From an uncultured cyanobacterium (lineage in GTDB: Bacteria > Cyanobacteriota > Cyanobacteriia > Cyanobacteriales > Nostocaceae), in assembly GCA_963740315.1 (NCBI GenBank), contig CAVUDP010000002.1, forward strand, positions 2,528,001-2,592,000: 64,000 nucleotides of DNA, given 5' to 3'. The notes beneath the pieces are model-generated. The model saw nothing but the letters and a program-made list of their open reading frames with translations. It was not told the origin of the DNA and searched no databases. This document shows, one piece after another, positions 51,917 to 61,597 of this stretch. Every line of letters begins with the position of its first letter. Position 1 is the stretch's first letter. Position numbers and translations under genes: made by a program.

Positions 51917-52837
51917 TTATTCAGATAAACCAATAAATCTTCCATGCCATAAATTGCCGTTTTCCGTTATCCCCAAACATCTAACCGTAATTTTGACGCT
52001 TCCGGGTTTCTCTGTATGACGACGGATGATTTTACCCATATCTTTGAGGGAAAATCCAGTCCCCACAGAACCACGCGGTATTAATTTATCTTCAATTTCT
52101 TGAGCGACGATCGCAGCACTAAAGGGTCTTCCGGTACCTTTTACTAAAGTTAAATCCGTAATTACTAAGTCTAATTCCAAACAATATTTTGTCCGTAACA
52201 TTGCCTGATTATGATTATCTTTCCCACCGATATAAATACAGTTTTTGAGTACCCAAATTTCCCCTTCTCTTGCTGACGATGCTTGTTTTGATGCTAATTC
52301 TGCTTTTTCTTCTTGACTTCTAGCTGTAGGTATTATTTCAAAAAAATCTGTTCTCAAATGCTTACCAATTTCTTCTCCAACGGTAATTCTTTCTGCTTCT
52401 GTTGCGATCGTTAAATCTTTTTGAGAAAACCACAAAGCTTTGAAAATCGCGTATATCGGTGTGGGCGGAGTTATTGTTCCAAGATTACCATTAATAGTAG
52501 CAGCTTGGGCGGCGGTACGATGTTCGCTTCCCGTCACCGAAGGGTAGTACAATTCGCCATCTAAAATAAATGTCCCCAACTCGATCGCAGCTTGCACTAA
52601 AGCTTGGTTTATTTCTTCGCAAGGTTGGCGTTTCATTTTTTGCGATCGCGATTGATAGTAAACTTTATCCGGTGTTGCAATTACAATTAACCTGCTACCA
52701 TCGCGTTTCGGCTGTCCCCAGTACTCGGCTGAATTAATATAGTAAGAGCGTTCCATCGGAGCATCAACAGCCTGCATCGTTTGAACGCATCCCGGTTGCA
52801 AATGCGATGGTAATTCAAATATATTATCTAGTTTCAT
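51917..52837 (-). CDS. Compact ATP-dependent DNA ligase-like protein (nucleotidyltransferase + OB fold)
   Basis: Motif I QPKRDGSR, motif III ILDGEL, motif IV REGEIW, motif V RTK, OB-fold GSVGTGFS. Confidence 0.75.
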   Translation of the reverse strand: MKLDNIFELPSHLQPGCVQTMQAVDAPMERSYYINSAEYWGQPKRDGSRLIVIATPDKVYYQSRSQKMKRQPCEEINQALVQAAIELGTFILDGELYYPSVTGSEHRTAAQAATINGNLGTITPPTPIYAIFKALWFSQKDLTIATEAERITVGEEIGKHLRTDFFEIIPTARSQEEKAELASKQASSAREGEIWVLKNCIYIGGKDNHNQAMLRTKYCLELDLVITDLTLVKGTGRPFSAAIVAQEIEDKLIPRGSVGTGFSLKDMGKIIRRHTEKPGSVKITVRCLGITENGNLWHGRFIGLSE

Positions 52838-52897
52838 GTTTTTTATAGTACTCCAGTACTGTTTTAGCCTTATCTAAAAAATTATTTTTAATAAACA

Positions 52898-53230
52898 ATG
52901 GTAACTATTGTTGTCACGATCAATATTCTGATCTCATTGATACTGCTTTACTGCACTTGGCAAGTGTATGAATTAAGACGACGACTAGCTAGACTGACCA
53001 GGTTTTTCACAAACTGCGATCGCAATTCTTATGCACTGTTGTATCGAAGACCAGAAGCGATTTATCTCGGTATGCAGAATTTAAATAATCTCCGTCAGAG
53101 CAATCAAAGCTTACAAGTAAAATTACGACAATTAAAGCAAATTTTGGCACTAGTAGTTTTCGGTAGACAAATACTCTGGAATCGTCCAGGATTTAATTTA
53201 ACCTCTAAATATTTAAAAAGAAAACCTTGA
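52898..53230 (+). CDS. Hypothetical membrane-anchored protein
   Basis: N-terminal TM segment and coiled-coil-like C-terminus. Confidence 0.7.
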   Translation: MVTIVVTINILISLILLYCTWQVYELRRRLARLTRFFTNCDRNSYALLYRRPEAIYLGMQNLNNLRQSNQSLQVKLRQLKQILALVVFGRQILWNRPGFNLTSKYLKRKP

Positions 53231-53283
53231 AAGGTCTGCATGTTTTTGGTCTGCATGTTTTTAGTCAAAGGTGTAATAACTTT

Positions 53284-53365
53284 TAACTCCTAACTCAATA
53301 CTCCTAACTCAATACTCCTAACTCCCCATCCCCCCATCCCCCCATCTCCCCATCCCCCCATCCCC
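53284..53365. repeat. STRR arrays (TAACTCC/TAACTCA and CCCCCATC)
   Basis: Directly visible. Confidence 0.85.
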
Positions 53366-53487
53366 TTTTCCTAGAATGCAACCTTTGCCAGAGATACCTT
53401 GTCAATAATAAAGAAAATAGTAAAATTTTGGTGAGTATTGCAAGCCGTTCAAACCCACTTAAAATAGGTGTAAGGAGAGTTGATAAA

Positions 53488-53841
53488 ATGTCTAATAAAA
53501 GTAGTGGAAATTTTATTGGTGGTTTGATGCTAGGAGCAACTATTGGTGCCTTCACCGGGTTGCTTATGGCTCCGCGCACGGGACGCGAAACACGTAAATT
53601 GTTGAAAAAGTCTGCTTCTGCTTTACCAGATTTAGCAGAGGATTTATCAACAAGCGCTCAAATTCAAGCAGATCGTCTTTCTGAGAATGCAATCCGATCT
53701 TGGGATGACACTTTGGAGCGACTGCGAGAAGCCGTTTTGGCGGGGATAGATGCTTCCGCACGAGAACATCAAGTATTAAATCGGGAAAAAACAAAAGCTC
53801 AAGATAACTCCAATTCTCTACCCCAGCATATAAATAATTAG
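53488..53841 (+). CDS. YtxH-domain protein
   Basis: FIGGLMLGATIGAFTGLLMAPRTGRETR; GGAG upstream of ATG 53488. Confidence 0.9.
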   Translation: MSNKSSGNFIGGLMLGATIGAFTGLLMAPRTGRETRKLLKKSASALPDLAEDLSTSAQIQADRLSENAIRSWDDTLERLREAVLAGIDASAREHQVLNREKTKAQDNSNSLPQHINN

Positions 53842-54046
53842 TTTTTAGATTTTAGATTCTGGTTTCAAAGCCAGATTTGAAATATGGAACCGTCTAAATC
53901 ATCATTCACCGTTGATTCGGACGTACTAAAATTCCCATCGGTGCGGTTAATTATTTTATCGTAAATCCGTTACTAGAAAGTTTGGTGTAACTGAAATCTT
54001 ACCCAAAACTTTCTGCAAAATGCTGTTAGCGATTGACAATATTAAT

Positions 54047-54457
54047 GTGAGTGAACCTCTGTTTTGGCTGGGATTATCTATTTTATTAGTCGCTGTAAGT
54101 TTAACTGCTTTGTTGGTAGCCGCAATTCCGGCTCTACTGGAGGTAGCTTCTGCTGCTCGCAGTGCAGAAAAGTTGTTTGATACTCTTTCGCGAGAGTTGC
54201 CGCCTACTTTAGAAGCTATTCGCTTAACTGGCTTGGAAATTACCGATTTAACTGATGATGTGAGCGAAGGTGTCAAAAGTGCTTCTGGAGTAGCTCAACA
54301 AGTAGATCAAAGTTTTAATAGTGCCAAAAAACAAGCCCAAAACGTGCAGTCTGGTACGCGCAGTATTTTTGTTGGTGTCAAAGCCGCATGGACAACTTTG
54401 ACTAGTTCTAAACCTTCCAGACGCAGCATCGAACGCCAATCATCTCGAAGACAGTGA
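54047..54457 (+). CDS. DUF948-like membrane protein
   Basis: PLFWLGLSILLVAVSLTA..ARSAEKLFDTLSRELPPTLEAIRLTGLEI. Confidence 0.8.
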   Translation: MSEPLFWLGLSILLVAVSLTALLVAAIPALLEVASAARSAEKLFDTLSRELPPTLEAIRLTGLEITDLTDDVSEGVKSASGVAQQVDQSFNSAKKQAQNVQSGTRSIFVGVKAAWTTLTSSKPSRRSIERQSSRRQ

Positions 54458-54485
54458 GTTAGCACTTAAGAGTTAGGAGATGAAG

Positions 54486-54645
54486 AAAGCGGAGGGAGCG
54501 GAGGGAGCGGAGGGAGAAAATAAATAATTAGTTTTCTTGTAAAAAAAATAATTGCTTCCCCTGCCCCCTCTGCCTCCTCTGCCCCCTCTGCTCTCCTTGT
54601 TCCCCCTCTCCCCCCTCTCCCTATCTCCTCTTCTCTCCATCTCCC
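54486..54645. repeat. Purine/pyrimidine-rich short tandem repeats (GCGGAGGGA)n and (CTGCCCCCT)n
   Basis: Directly visible; the arrays are in opposite orientations. Confidence 0.75.
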
Positions 54646-54723
54646 ATTTTTGCAATTGCATTGAAATTAGTACATCAAAAATGGGAACCATATTAATAAG
54701 AATTTAAATTTTTCTTAAATATA

Positions 54724-57588
54724 ATGATGGATAAATTGCAGGAGCATCAACCAATTGCGGTTCAATCCGGTTTATTACACCGTATTGCAAATCGTATTCG
54801 CCAATCTTTGGAATTAAAAGAAATTTTAAATACGATGGTGGCGGAAGTCCGGGATTACTTGGGGACCGATCGTGTAAAAGTTTATCAGTTCAATCCTGAC
54901 AGTAGTGGAGTAGTAATTGCTGAATCGATTAATAATTATCGGCTACCTTCTTTACTAGGACTGCATTTTCCCGCTGATGATATTCCTCCTTACGCTCGCG
55001 AGTTGTTTTTGCGATCGCGTCAGCGTTCGGTAGTAGATGTAACTAATTCTCAAATAGGGATTAGCCCTTTAAACCATCCAGAAACTGGGGAAAGTCAACC
55101 AGATGATATTCGCTATCGTCCTTTAGACCCTTGTCATGCAGAATATTTAACTGCGATGGGTATCAAATCTTCCGTAGTTGTACCGATTGTCTTGGAAGAA
55201 ATTTCTACTGGGAAAAAACAGCCACTGTCCGCGACATCCGCTCTTTGGGGATTGCTAGCTTGTCATCATAGCGAGTCGCGCAACGTTACCGAAGAGGAAT
55301 TACAGTTTATTCAAGCTGTTGTAGATCAAGTTGGAGTTGCGATCGCCCAGTCAATTTTGCTCAACCAAGTGCGATCGCAAGCTAAACAGGAAGCGAATAT
55401 CAACCGCGTTACGGAGCTACTTTACACAAGCCCTACAGTTAGATCGCAAGAAGCCCTTGAAGAAGCCGTTGCAACTTTTAATGGTTCTGGTGGTAGGCTT
55501 TATTTGCTCCCAGATGAACAGCAATCAAGGGAATTATATACCTGTGGAGAACAACCGGATTTCTTAGATGCAGAAAAAAATCGAGTTGTTGAAGAAAATT
55601 ACTTATGGAAGAATTTCCTGCACTCGGTAATTGAATCTGGTTCCGATAGTACTGGTTATAAACCTTGGTCGGTGCAGTGGATGCGTTCGGTATATAATTT
55701 AGGCGATCGCAACGAAGTTGATAATCATCCCCATCTGTGGGCAATTGATGACATTTACCGCGAACCTTTGTTTCGTACCTTAGCACCGTTTTTTGGATCT
55801 ACTTCTGTTCGCGGAATTTTAATTATTCCTCTACATTATGGCGATCGCGTTGTTGGTTGCTTAACAATATTTCGGAATGAGGTAGATACGGAGATTTTGT
55901 GGGGGGGATGGCACAATCCCGATACTCGTCAACTGATGGCGCGACAGTCTTTTGAGGTGTGGAAGCAGGAGAAAACGGGACAGGCTCAAGCTTGGGTGGA
56001 AGAAGAAATGAAGTATGCTCAAGCACTCAGCGAAAGGTTTTCTACGGCAATTAAACAGTACAGGTTGTATCAGCAAGTACAGGCTTTAAACGCCAACTTG
56101 GAACAGCAGGTAGAAGAGCGCACCGAACAACTTCAGCAAAAAACCCAACAGTTACAGCTTTCAAATCTGGAATTAGAAAACTTTATTTCCCGACAAAAAG
56201 CACTTGCAAGTATTGTGGCTAAAATCCGCGAGTCTCTTGATATTGAGGGAATTTTCCAAATTACTACAAAAGAACTGACTCAAGTTTTGGATGTCGATCG
56301 CGTTTCGGTTTATCGGTTTAATTCGGATTGGGGTGGTGAATTTGTTGCTGATTTTGAATGTGTTACTCCCCGATGGCTCGATGTTGGTAATTTAGGTGTC
56401 AATGTAGTTTGGAACGACACTTACCTGCAAGAAACTCAAGGTGGTAAATATCGTGAAGGTGAAGTTTTTGCGATCGATGATGTGTACCAACAAGGTTTTT
56501 CTCAGTGTCACCTCGATATGTACGAGCAGTTTCACATCAAAGCTTTTATTACAGTACCCATTTTTGTCGAGCAAAATCTTTGGGGTATTTTGGGAGTATA
56601 TCAACATCAAGCAGCTCGTGATTGGGAAAATTCCGAAGTTGAGTTTGTTAGTCAAATTGCAGCACAGTTAGGAGTTGCCATGCAGCACGCTTCTTTACTC
56701 GCTCATAACCATGAAAAAACCGAGCAACTATCTAAAACCCTGATTAATTTGCAAGAAACTCAAACTCAGCTGATCCAAACAGAAAAAATGTCTAGTTTGG
56801 GACAGTTGGTAGCAGGAATTGCTCACGAAATCAATAACCCAGTTAATTTTATTCACGCTAATTTAGCTCACCTTAAGGAATACACAAATAATATTTTGCA
56901 AATAATAAGCAGCTATCAAGAATGCTATCCCGAACCTCCTATAGAAATGAAAACATTGCTGGAGGAAGCTGACGTTGAATACATTGCGGAAGATTTACCA
57001 AAGCTTTGTTCTTCTTTATCTATCGGAACTAAACGCATTCAGTCGATTGTTTTATCATTACGCAGCTTTTCGCGTTTAGATGAAGCAGAAATGAAACCCG
57101 TGAATATTCACGATGGTATTGAAGGTACGCTATTAATTTTGCAGCATCGACTTAAAACTGATAGTTCCAAAGTAAACATTAATATTGTCAAAGAATATGG
57201 CGAATTACCTTTAGTTCAATGCTATGCTGGGCAACTCAATCAAGTTTTTATGAATTTACTAGCGAATGCTATTGATGAAGTTCAATCAATAAAACCTTCT
57301 TCTGAGGAAGATAATATCAAAACTATTAAAATTACAACTGAGTGTATAGATGAAAAAGTGAAAATTTCTATTAAAGATGATGGAAATGGAATTCCACCGG
57401 AAATTTTAGATAAACTATTTGACCCCTTTTTTACTACTAAACCAGTTGGCAAAGGTACGGGATTAGGGCTATCAATTAGCTATAAGATTATCGAAAAACA
57501 TGGCGGTAAATTGTATTGCAATTCTAAACCTGGTGAAGGTGCTGAATTTGTAATTGAATTACCATTTAAATCGGCGCTGTGTACTTAA
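54724..57588 (+). CDS. aphC: PAS-less phytochrome/cyanobacteriochrome histidine kinase (GAF-GAF-GAF-HisKA-HATPase), AphC/All2699-like
   Basis: GAF1 LGLHFPADDIP...PCHAEYL; GAF3 WNDTYLQETQGG...QCHL; IAHEINNP; N, G1, F and G2 boxes. Confidence 0.85.
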   Translation: MMDKLQEHQPIAVQSGLLHRIANRIRQSLELKEILNTMVAEVRDYLGTDRVKVYQFNPDSSGVVIAESINNYRLPSLLGLHFPADDIPPYARELFLRSRQRSVVDVTNSQIGISPLNHPETGESQPDDIRYRPLDPCHAEYLTAMGIKSSVVVPIVLEEISTGKKQPLSATSALWGLLACHHSESRNVTEEELQFIQAVVDQVGVAIAQSILLNQVRSQAKQEANINRVTELLYTSPTVRSQEALEEAVATFNGSGGRLYLLPDEQQSRELYTCGEQPDFLDAEKNRVVEENYLWKNFLHSVIESGSDSTGYKPWSVQWMRSVYNLGDRNEVDNHPHLWAIDDIYREPLFRTLAPFFGSTSVRGILIIPLHYGDRVVGCLTIFRNEVDTEILWGGWHNPDTRQLMARQSFEVWKQEKTGQAQAWVEEEMKYAQALSERFSTAIKQYRLYQQVQALNANLEQQVEERTEQLQQKTQQLQLSNLELENFISRQKALASIVAKIRESLDIEGIFQITTKELTQVLDVDRVSVYRFNSDWGGEFVADFECVTPRWLDVGNLGVNVVWNDTYLQETQGGKYREGEVFAIDDVYQQGFSQCHLDMYEQFHIKAFITVPIFVEQNLWGILGVYQHQAARDWENSEVEFVSQIAAQLGVAMQHASLLAHNHEKTEQLSKTLINLQETQTQLIQTEKMSSLGQLVAGIAHEINNPVNFIHANLAHLKEYTNNILQIISSYQECYPEPPIEMKTLLEEADVEYIAEDLPKLCSSLSIGTKRIQSIVLSLRSFSRLDEAEMKPVNIHDGIEGTLLILQHRLKTDSSKVNINIVKEYGELPLVQCYAGQLNQVFMNLLANAIDEVQSIKPSSEEDNIKTIKITTECIDEKVKISIKDDGNGIPPEILDKLFDPFFTTKPVGKGTGLGLSISYKIIEKHGGKLYCNSKPGEGAEFVIELPFKSALCT

Positions 57589-57683
57589 ATAGGAGTAGGG
57601 AGTAGGATATTCCTCTGTTTTTATTGCCGTTGTGTTAGCACGTAATGCACCATCCGAATGGTAAAGCGAATTTGCTTTCACTA

Positions 57684-57806
57684 AGAATTAGACAGAATTA
57701 ATTGTATAGTCATTGCGAGTTCAACGGAGTGAAACGACGCAACCGCAACACTTTGAGATTGCTTCGCTCTCGCTCGCAATGACATAAATATTTTTGTCCA
57801 CCTACC
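57684..57806. mobile_element. Second copy of the TA-flanked MITE family
   Basis: GTCATTGCGAG...GCAACACTTTGAGATTGCTTCG...CTCGCAATGAC core shared with 51114-51240. Confidence 0.7.
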
Positions 57807-57819
57807 TAGATTAGTTGAT

Positions 57820-58323
57820 TCAAGTTTCGATAAATTTCAACGCTACCCCATTCATGCAGTAGCGTTTGCCAGTAGGTTTGGGACCATCGTTAAATACATG
57901 ACCTAAATGTCCGCCGCAGCGATGACAATGAACTTCAACACGGCGGATAAAAAATGATTTATCTATCGATGTATCGATTGCTCCACTTATGGGAGCATAA
58001 AAAGAAGGCCAACCCGTACCGCTGTTAAATTTAGTTTGAGACTTAAAAAGTGGTAAGTCACACCCAGCGCATAGGTAAGTACCGTTCGCATATTGTTTAT
58101 CAAGCGAACTGGTATGAGCGCCTTCAGTTCCATGTTTACGCAACACGTAAAACTGGGAAGGTGTTAAAATTTTGCGCCACTGTTCTTCTGTTTTGGTAAT
58201 TTCAAACTTATTAGAGGCAGTTGCTGCAACTTTTGACTTACCTGCTATACCTGTTAAATATGGCGATAACCATGCTAAACCCAGCATTGCTGTTCCAGTT
58301 TTTAAAAAATATCGTTTTTTCAT
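57820..58323 (-). CDS. msrB: Peptide-methionine (R)-S-oxide reductase with an export signal
   Basis: CAGC, KFNSGTGWPSF, CHRCGGHLGHVFNDGP, RYCMN; Tat-like KKRYFLK leader. Confidence 0.96.
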   Translation of the reverse strand: MKKRYFLKTGTAMLGLAWLSPYLTGIAGKSKVAATASNKFEITKTEEQWRKILTPSQFYVLRKHGTEGAHTSSLDKQYANGTYLCAGCDLPLFKSQTKFNSGTGWPSFYAPISGAIDTSIDKSFFIRRVEVHCHRCGGHLGHVFNDGPKPTGKRYCMNGVALKFIET

Positions 58324-58675
58324 AATTTAATTGTCGTCTGAGTTAACCTTCACTACAAGCATAACGATTAGTAATCATAATTATTCGGAAATCACTTAAG
58401 ATATGTCAAGATAAAATTTAGTTGATATTAAGTAAAATATATAATGTCTGACTTTCAAGATTTTATCAAGTTTCTTTATGAAGAATATCGCCATCTTAAT
58501 TCAGGTTCCTTAGCCAGCTATATTCCAGAACTAACTAAAGCCGATCCAAACTGGTTTGCAATCTCTGTTGTGACTAAAGAAGGGGAAATTTTTGAAATTG
58601 GAGATAGCCAAGAAAATTTTACTATTCAATCTATATCTAAAGTTTTTGTTTACGGCATGGCTTTAGAAGATTGCG

Positions 58676-58699
58676 TTAGCGAAGCCATGCCGTAGGCTT
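58676..58699 (+). mobile_element. 24-nt SDR-like element inserted in GCG^ATCGC (HIP1)
   Basis: GCG-TTAGCGAAGCCATGCCGTAGGCTT-ATCGC; carries an in-frame TAG. Confidence 0.85.
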
Positions 58700-58819
58700 A
58701 TCGCCAAACGTTGTTGGAAAAAATTGGTGTAGAACCCACTGGAGATCCGTTCAATTCAGTAATTCGCTTGGATGAAAACTCTAAACGTCCGGATAACCCG
58801 ATGGTTAATGCTGGAGCGA

Positions 58820-58839
58820 AGAGCCGCAGCTTCGCTGAA
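58820..58839 (-). mobile_element. Related SDR-like element in a second HIP1 site, opposite orientation
   Basis: Minus strand reads GCG-TTCAGCGAAGCTGCGGCTCT-TCGC; net +19 nt relative to GCG ATC GCT (A-I-A). Confidence 0.75.
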
Positions 58840-59638
58840 CGCTACTGCTGGTTTAATCAAAGGTGCAAATGCTACCGAAAAGCTGAATCGAATGCTAGAT
58901 ATGTTCCGCCGCTATATCGGTCACAATGTATTTATCGATGCTCCTGTATTTATGTCCGAACGAGCTACCGGACATCGCAATCGAGCCTTAGCCAATTTAC
59001 TGCTTAATTTTGACATCATTGAAAACAATATTGAAGAAATTCTTGACCTTTATTTTCAACAGTGTTCTTTGGTTGTTAACTGCCACGATTTAGCGGTGAT
59101 GGCTGCAACTTTAGCAAATCGAGGTATTAATCCCATAACAAAAAAACAAGCAATAAAACCTTGTTATATCAGAGATATTTTAAGCGTAATGTACACTTGT
59201 GGTATGTATAACTATGCTGGTGAATGGGCTTATCGAGTCGGCATTCCGGCAAAAAGCGGTGTTTCGGGAGGAATAATTGGTGTAATTCCCGATCGCGCTG
59301 GTATTGCTGTCTTTTCCCCTTTAATCGATCCTAGAGGTAATAGCGTTAGAGGAATTAAAGTTTTTGAAGCTTTATCCGATCGATTCAATCTTCATTTATT
59401 TGATTCTCCATTGCCAGAATGTTCGTTTCTAGATATTTCTAAAAATCCAGGAGAATTAATATCTAAGCCATAAAAGCTTCCTGAGTTCTAAGTAAGAGTA
59501 ATATGGTCAGTTATTGATGGTGCCTTCTAATTTTCCCTTGCAACTACCTTCTGAATATTTCTTTATATTTGTGCGTCCGGAATAGATCGATTCAAAAGTG
59601 ATGTTATATATCAGAACAAATAAAAGATGATATAAACT

Positions 59639-60208
59639 ATGAACGCTATCTATACTCTGCTTAAACAAGGATCGATTGGTGCAGAAGTGACTAAGCTGCA
59701 AGAAGGTTTGAAGAAACTTAATTTTTATTCAGGTAGTGTTGACGGTATTTTTGGAGCCAAAACTAAGCTTGCTGTCATCAATTTTCAATCAACACAAGGA
59801 TTAGTTACTGATGGAATTGTAGGCGAAAAAACTTGGTCTAAATTAAACGCAGCACTGCAACAAAACAACCCGCGTTTGAATTTTAAGGTAATTAACGTAC
59901 AAGAATTTATTGCTTATAAAGGGATTAAAGCTACTAATCCAAAAGCTGTAGCTGCACAATTGTTTAGTAGCTTAGAAGAGGAAGAAGGAAGAAATTATGA
60001 AGATATTTCAATTACATATCTTCGAGGAGAAACAGCTGTAATTGTACAGACTTTAATCGGTTTAGCTGATGATTCATTAGGAGCAATACGATACCGCATT
60101 GAATTGAAACTTAACCAAAATAAATGGGAAATTGTTTGGGTGGGTCAACAATACAAGTGTCAACGAGGTCGAGGACATCAAGACTGGTCTGATGTTATTT
60201 GCTCGTAA
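59639..60208 (+). CDS. Peptidoglycan-binding domain protein
   Basis: LKQGSIGAEVTKLQ..L, DGIFGAKT, FQ...GLVTDGIVGEKTW; C-terminal GLADDS...YKCQRGRG domain. Confidence 0.88.
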   Translation: MNAIYTLLKQGSIGAEVTKLQEGLKKLNFYSGSVDGIFGAKTKLAVINFQSTQGLVTDGIVGEKTWSKLNAALQQNNPRLNFKVINVQEFIAYKGIKATNPKAVAAQLFSSLEEEEGRNYEDISITYLRGETAVIVQTLIGLADDSLGAIRYRIELKLNQNKWEIVWVGQQYKCQRGRGHQDWSDVICS

Positions 60209-60354
60209 AGTAAATGGGTAAACGTTATCTTGTCATTGCGTTACTCTAACGAGTCAGCAAGCTGAACACGTTCACCGTCAGGTGCGGCTTAGTGTTCCCA
60301 ATACGGGAATGGAACGAAGCAATCGCAATATATATTTAATTTTGCGCGAGTACT
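60209..60354. mobile_element. Third, degenerate copy of the MITE family with an internal nested insertion
   Basis: GTCATTGCG...GAAGCAATCGCAA core and TAATTTTGCGCGAGTACT-TA end. Confidence 0.55.
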
Positions 60355-60364
60355 TAGATGATTG

Positions 60365-61399
60365 TTATAACGTTTTCCAAATTTTAATAGTCTTATCAAA
60401 GCTACTACTAAGAATTGTACCGTCAGAACCAAAAGCAACTGACCAAACTCTTTTGGAATGTCCTCTAAGGGTACTAATTCGTTGTCCGGTATTTGTATCC
60501 CATAACTTGATAGTTTTATCCCAACTACCGCTAGCAAGGGTTTTACCATCCGGACTAAATGCAACTGACCAAATTTTATCCGAATGTCCGCTTAAAATAC
60601 GTAGGTTATCTCCAGTACGAGCATTCCATAACTTGATGGTTTTATCCCAACTAGCGCTGGCAAGGGTTTTACCATCTGGGCTGAATGCTAAGGAACTAAC
60701 TGCGTCTAAATGACCTCTTAAAGTTTTAATTTTGTTTCCTGTGGCTAAATCCCACAAATTAATCGTGCCTTCAAAATGATTTCCCGTTGCGAAGGTTTTA
60801 CCATCTGGACTCACTGCAACGACATTTACTACGTCACAATCTCCTCGAATGCTGCGGATTTTGCTTCCCGTACCTGCATTCCACAAACTAACAGTTTGAT
60901 CCCAACTACTACTAACAATAAAGTTCCCATCCGGGCTAAAAGCGATTGATTGAACAGAGGCTGAATGTCCCTTCATTACCCGGATTTGCTCGCCGGTTGC
61001 AATATCCCACAACCGAATAACTCGATCGCCACCAGCCGAAGCCAGTGTTTTCCCATCTGGACTAAAAGCCACAGCGTTAACTGAGTCCGAATGCCCTTTG
61101 AGAGTGCGGATTAGCTGTCTCGTTTCTAAATCCCATAATTTAATCGTTTTATCGCCGCTGACGGAAGCAATAATACGTTTCCCCTCTATTTGATGGGGAC
61201 TAATAGCGATCGCCCAAACCGAATCGGAATGTCCGGTTAATGTAAATTTTAAAGAAGTATTTTTCCAAGAAGTTGATGTCTGGTTCGTGCGAGAAGATAT
61301 ACTACTCACCGCAGGAGAAGTTTGCCAACCCCAAATTTTAGCAAAAGCTAAAACCATTACTGCCGAACTAGTTAAAATTTTAAACGTATAATTAATCAT
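60365..61399 (-). CDS. WD40 repeat protein with a signal peptide
   Basis: Seven GH...SxDxTIKLW repeats. Confidence 0.95.
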   Translation of the reverse strand: MINYTFKILTSSAVMVLAFAKIWGWQTSPAVSSISSRTNQTSTSWKNTSLKFTLTGHSDSVWAIAISPHQIEGKRIIASVSGDKTIKLWDLETRQLIRTLKGHSDSVNAVAFSPDGKTLASAGGDRVIRLWDIATGEQIRVMKGHSASVQSIAFSPDGNFIVSSSWDQTVSLWNAGTGSKIRSIRGDCDVVNVVAVSPDGKTFATGNHFEGTINLWDLATGNKIKTLRGHLDAVSSLAFSPDGKTLASASWDKTIKLWNARTGDNLRILSGHSDKIWSVAFSPDGKTLASGSWDKTIKLWDTNTGQRISTLRGHSKRVWSVAFGSDGTILSSSFDKTIKIWKTL

Positions 61400-61597
61400 T
61401 TTTACAGAAGCAATAATTCCCGTGGAGTCTAATTATCAACTCAGTACAAACCAATAGTAAAAACACTTATTCTTTCTTTAATAGAAATATATTCATCTAT
61501 CAATTCAATAATATCTCGGATAAATTTCAAAGTTTAAGACATATTGTTTACAACTATTTTATGTTAACTTGATTTTATAAAATTATTTTTTTGGCGA

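Larger units (their letters stand above)
58444..59473 (+). pseudogene. glsA: Glutaminase A, interrupted by two small insertions at HIP1 sites
   Basis: [58 protein letters not shown] distributed over three ORF pieces. Confidence 0.92.

Noticed and set aside
58711..59007. Separate small genes in the glutaminase region
   Set aside because: Pieces of one interrupted glsA
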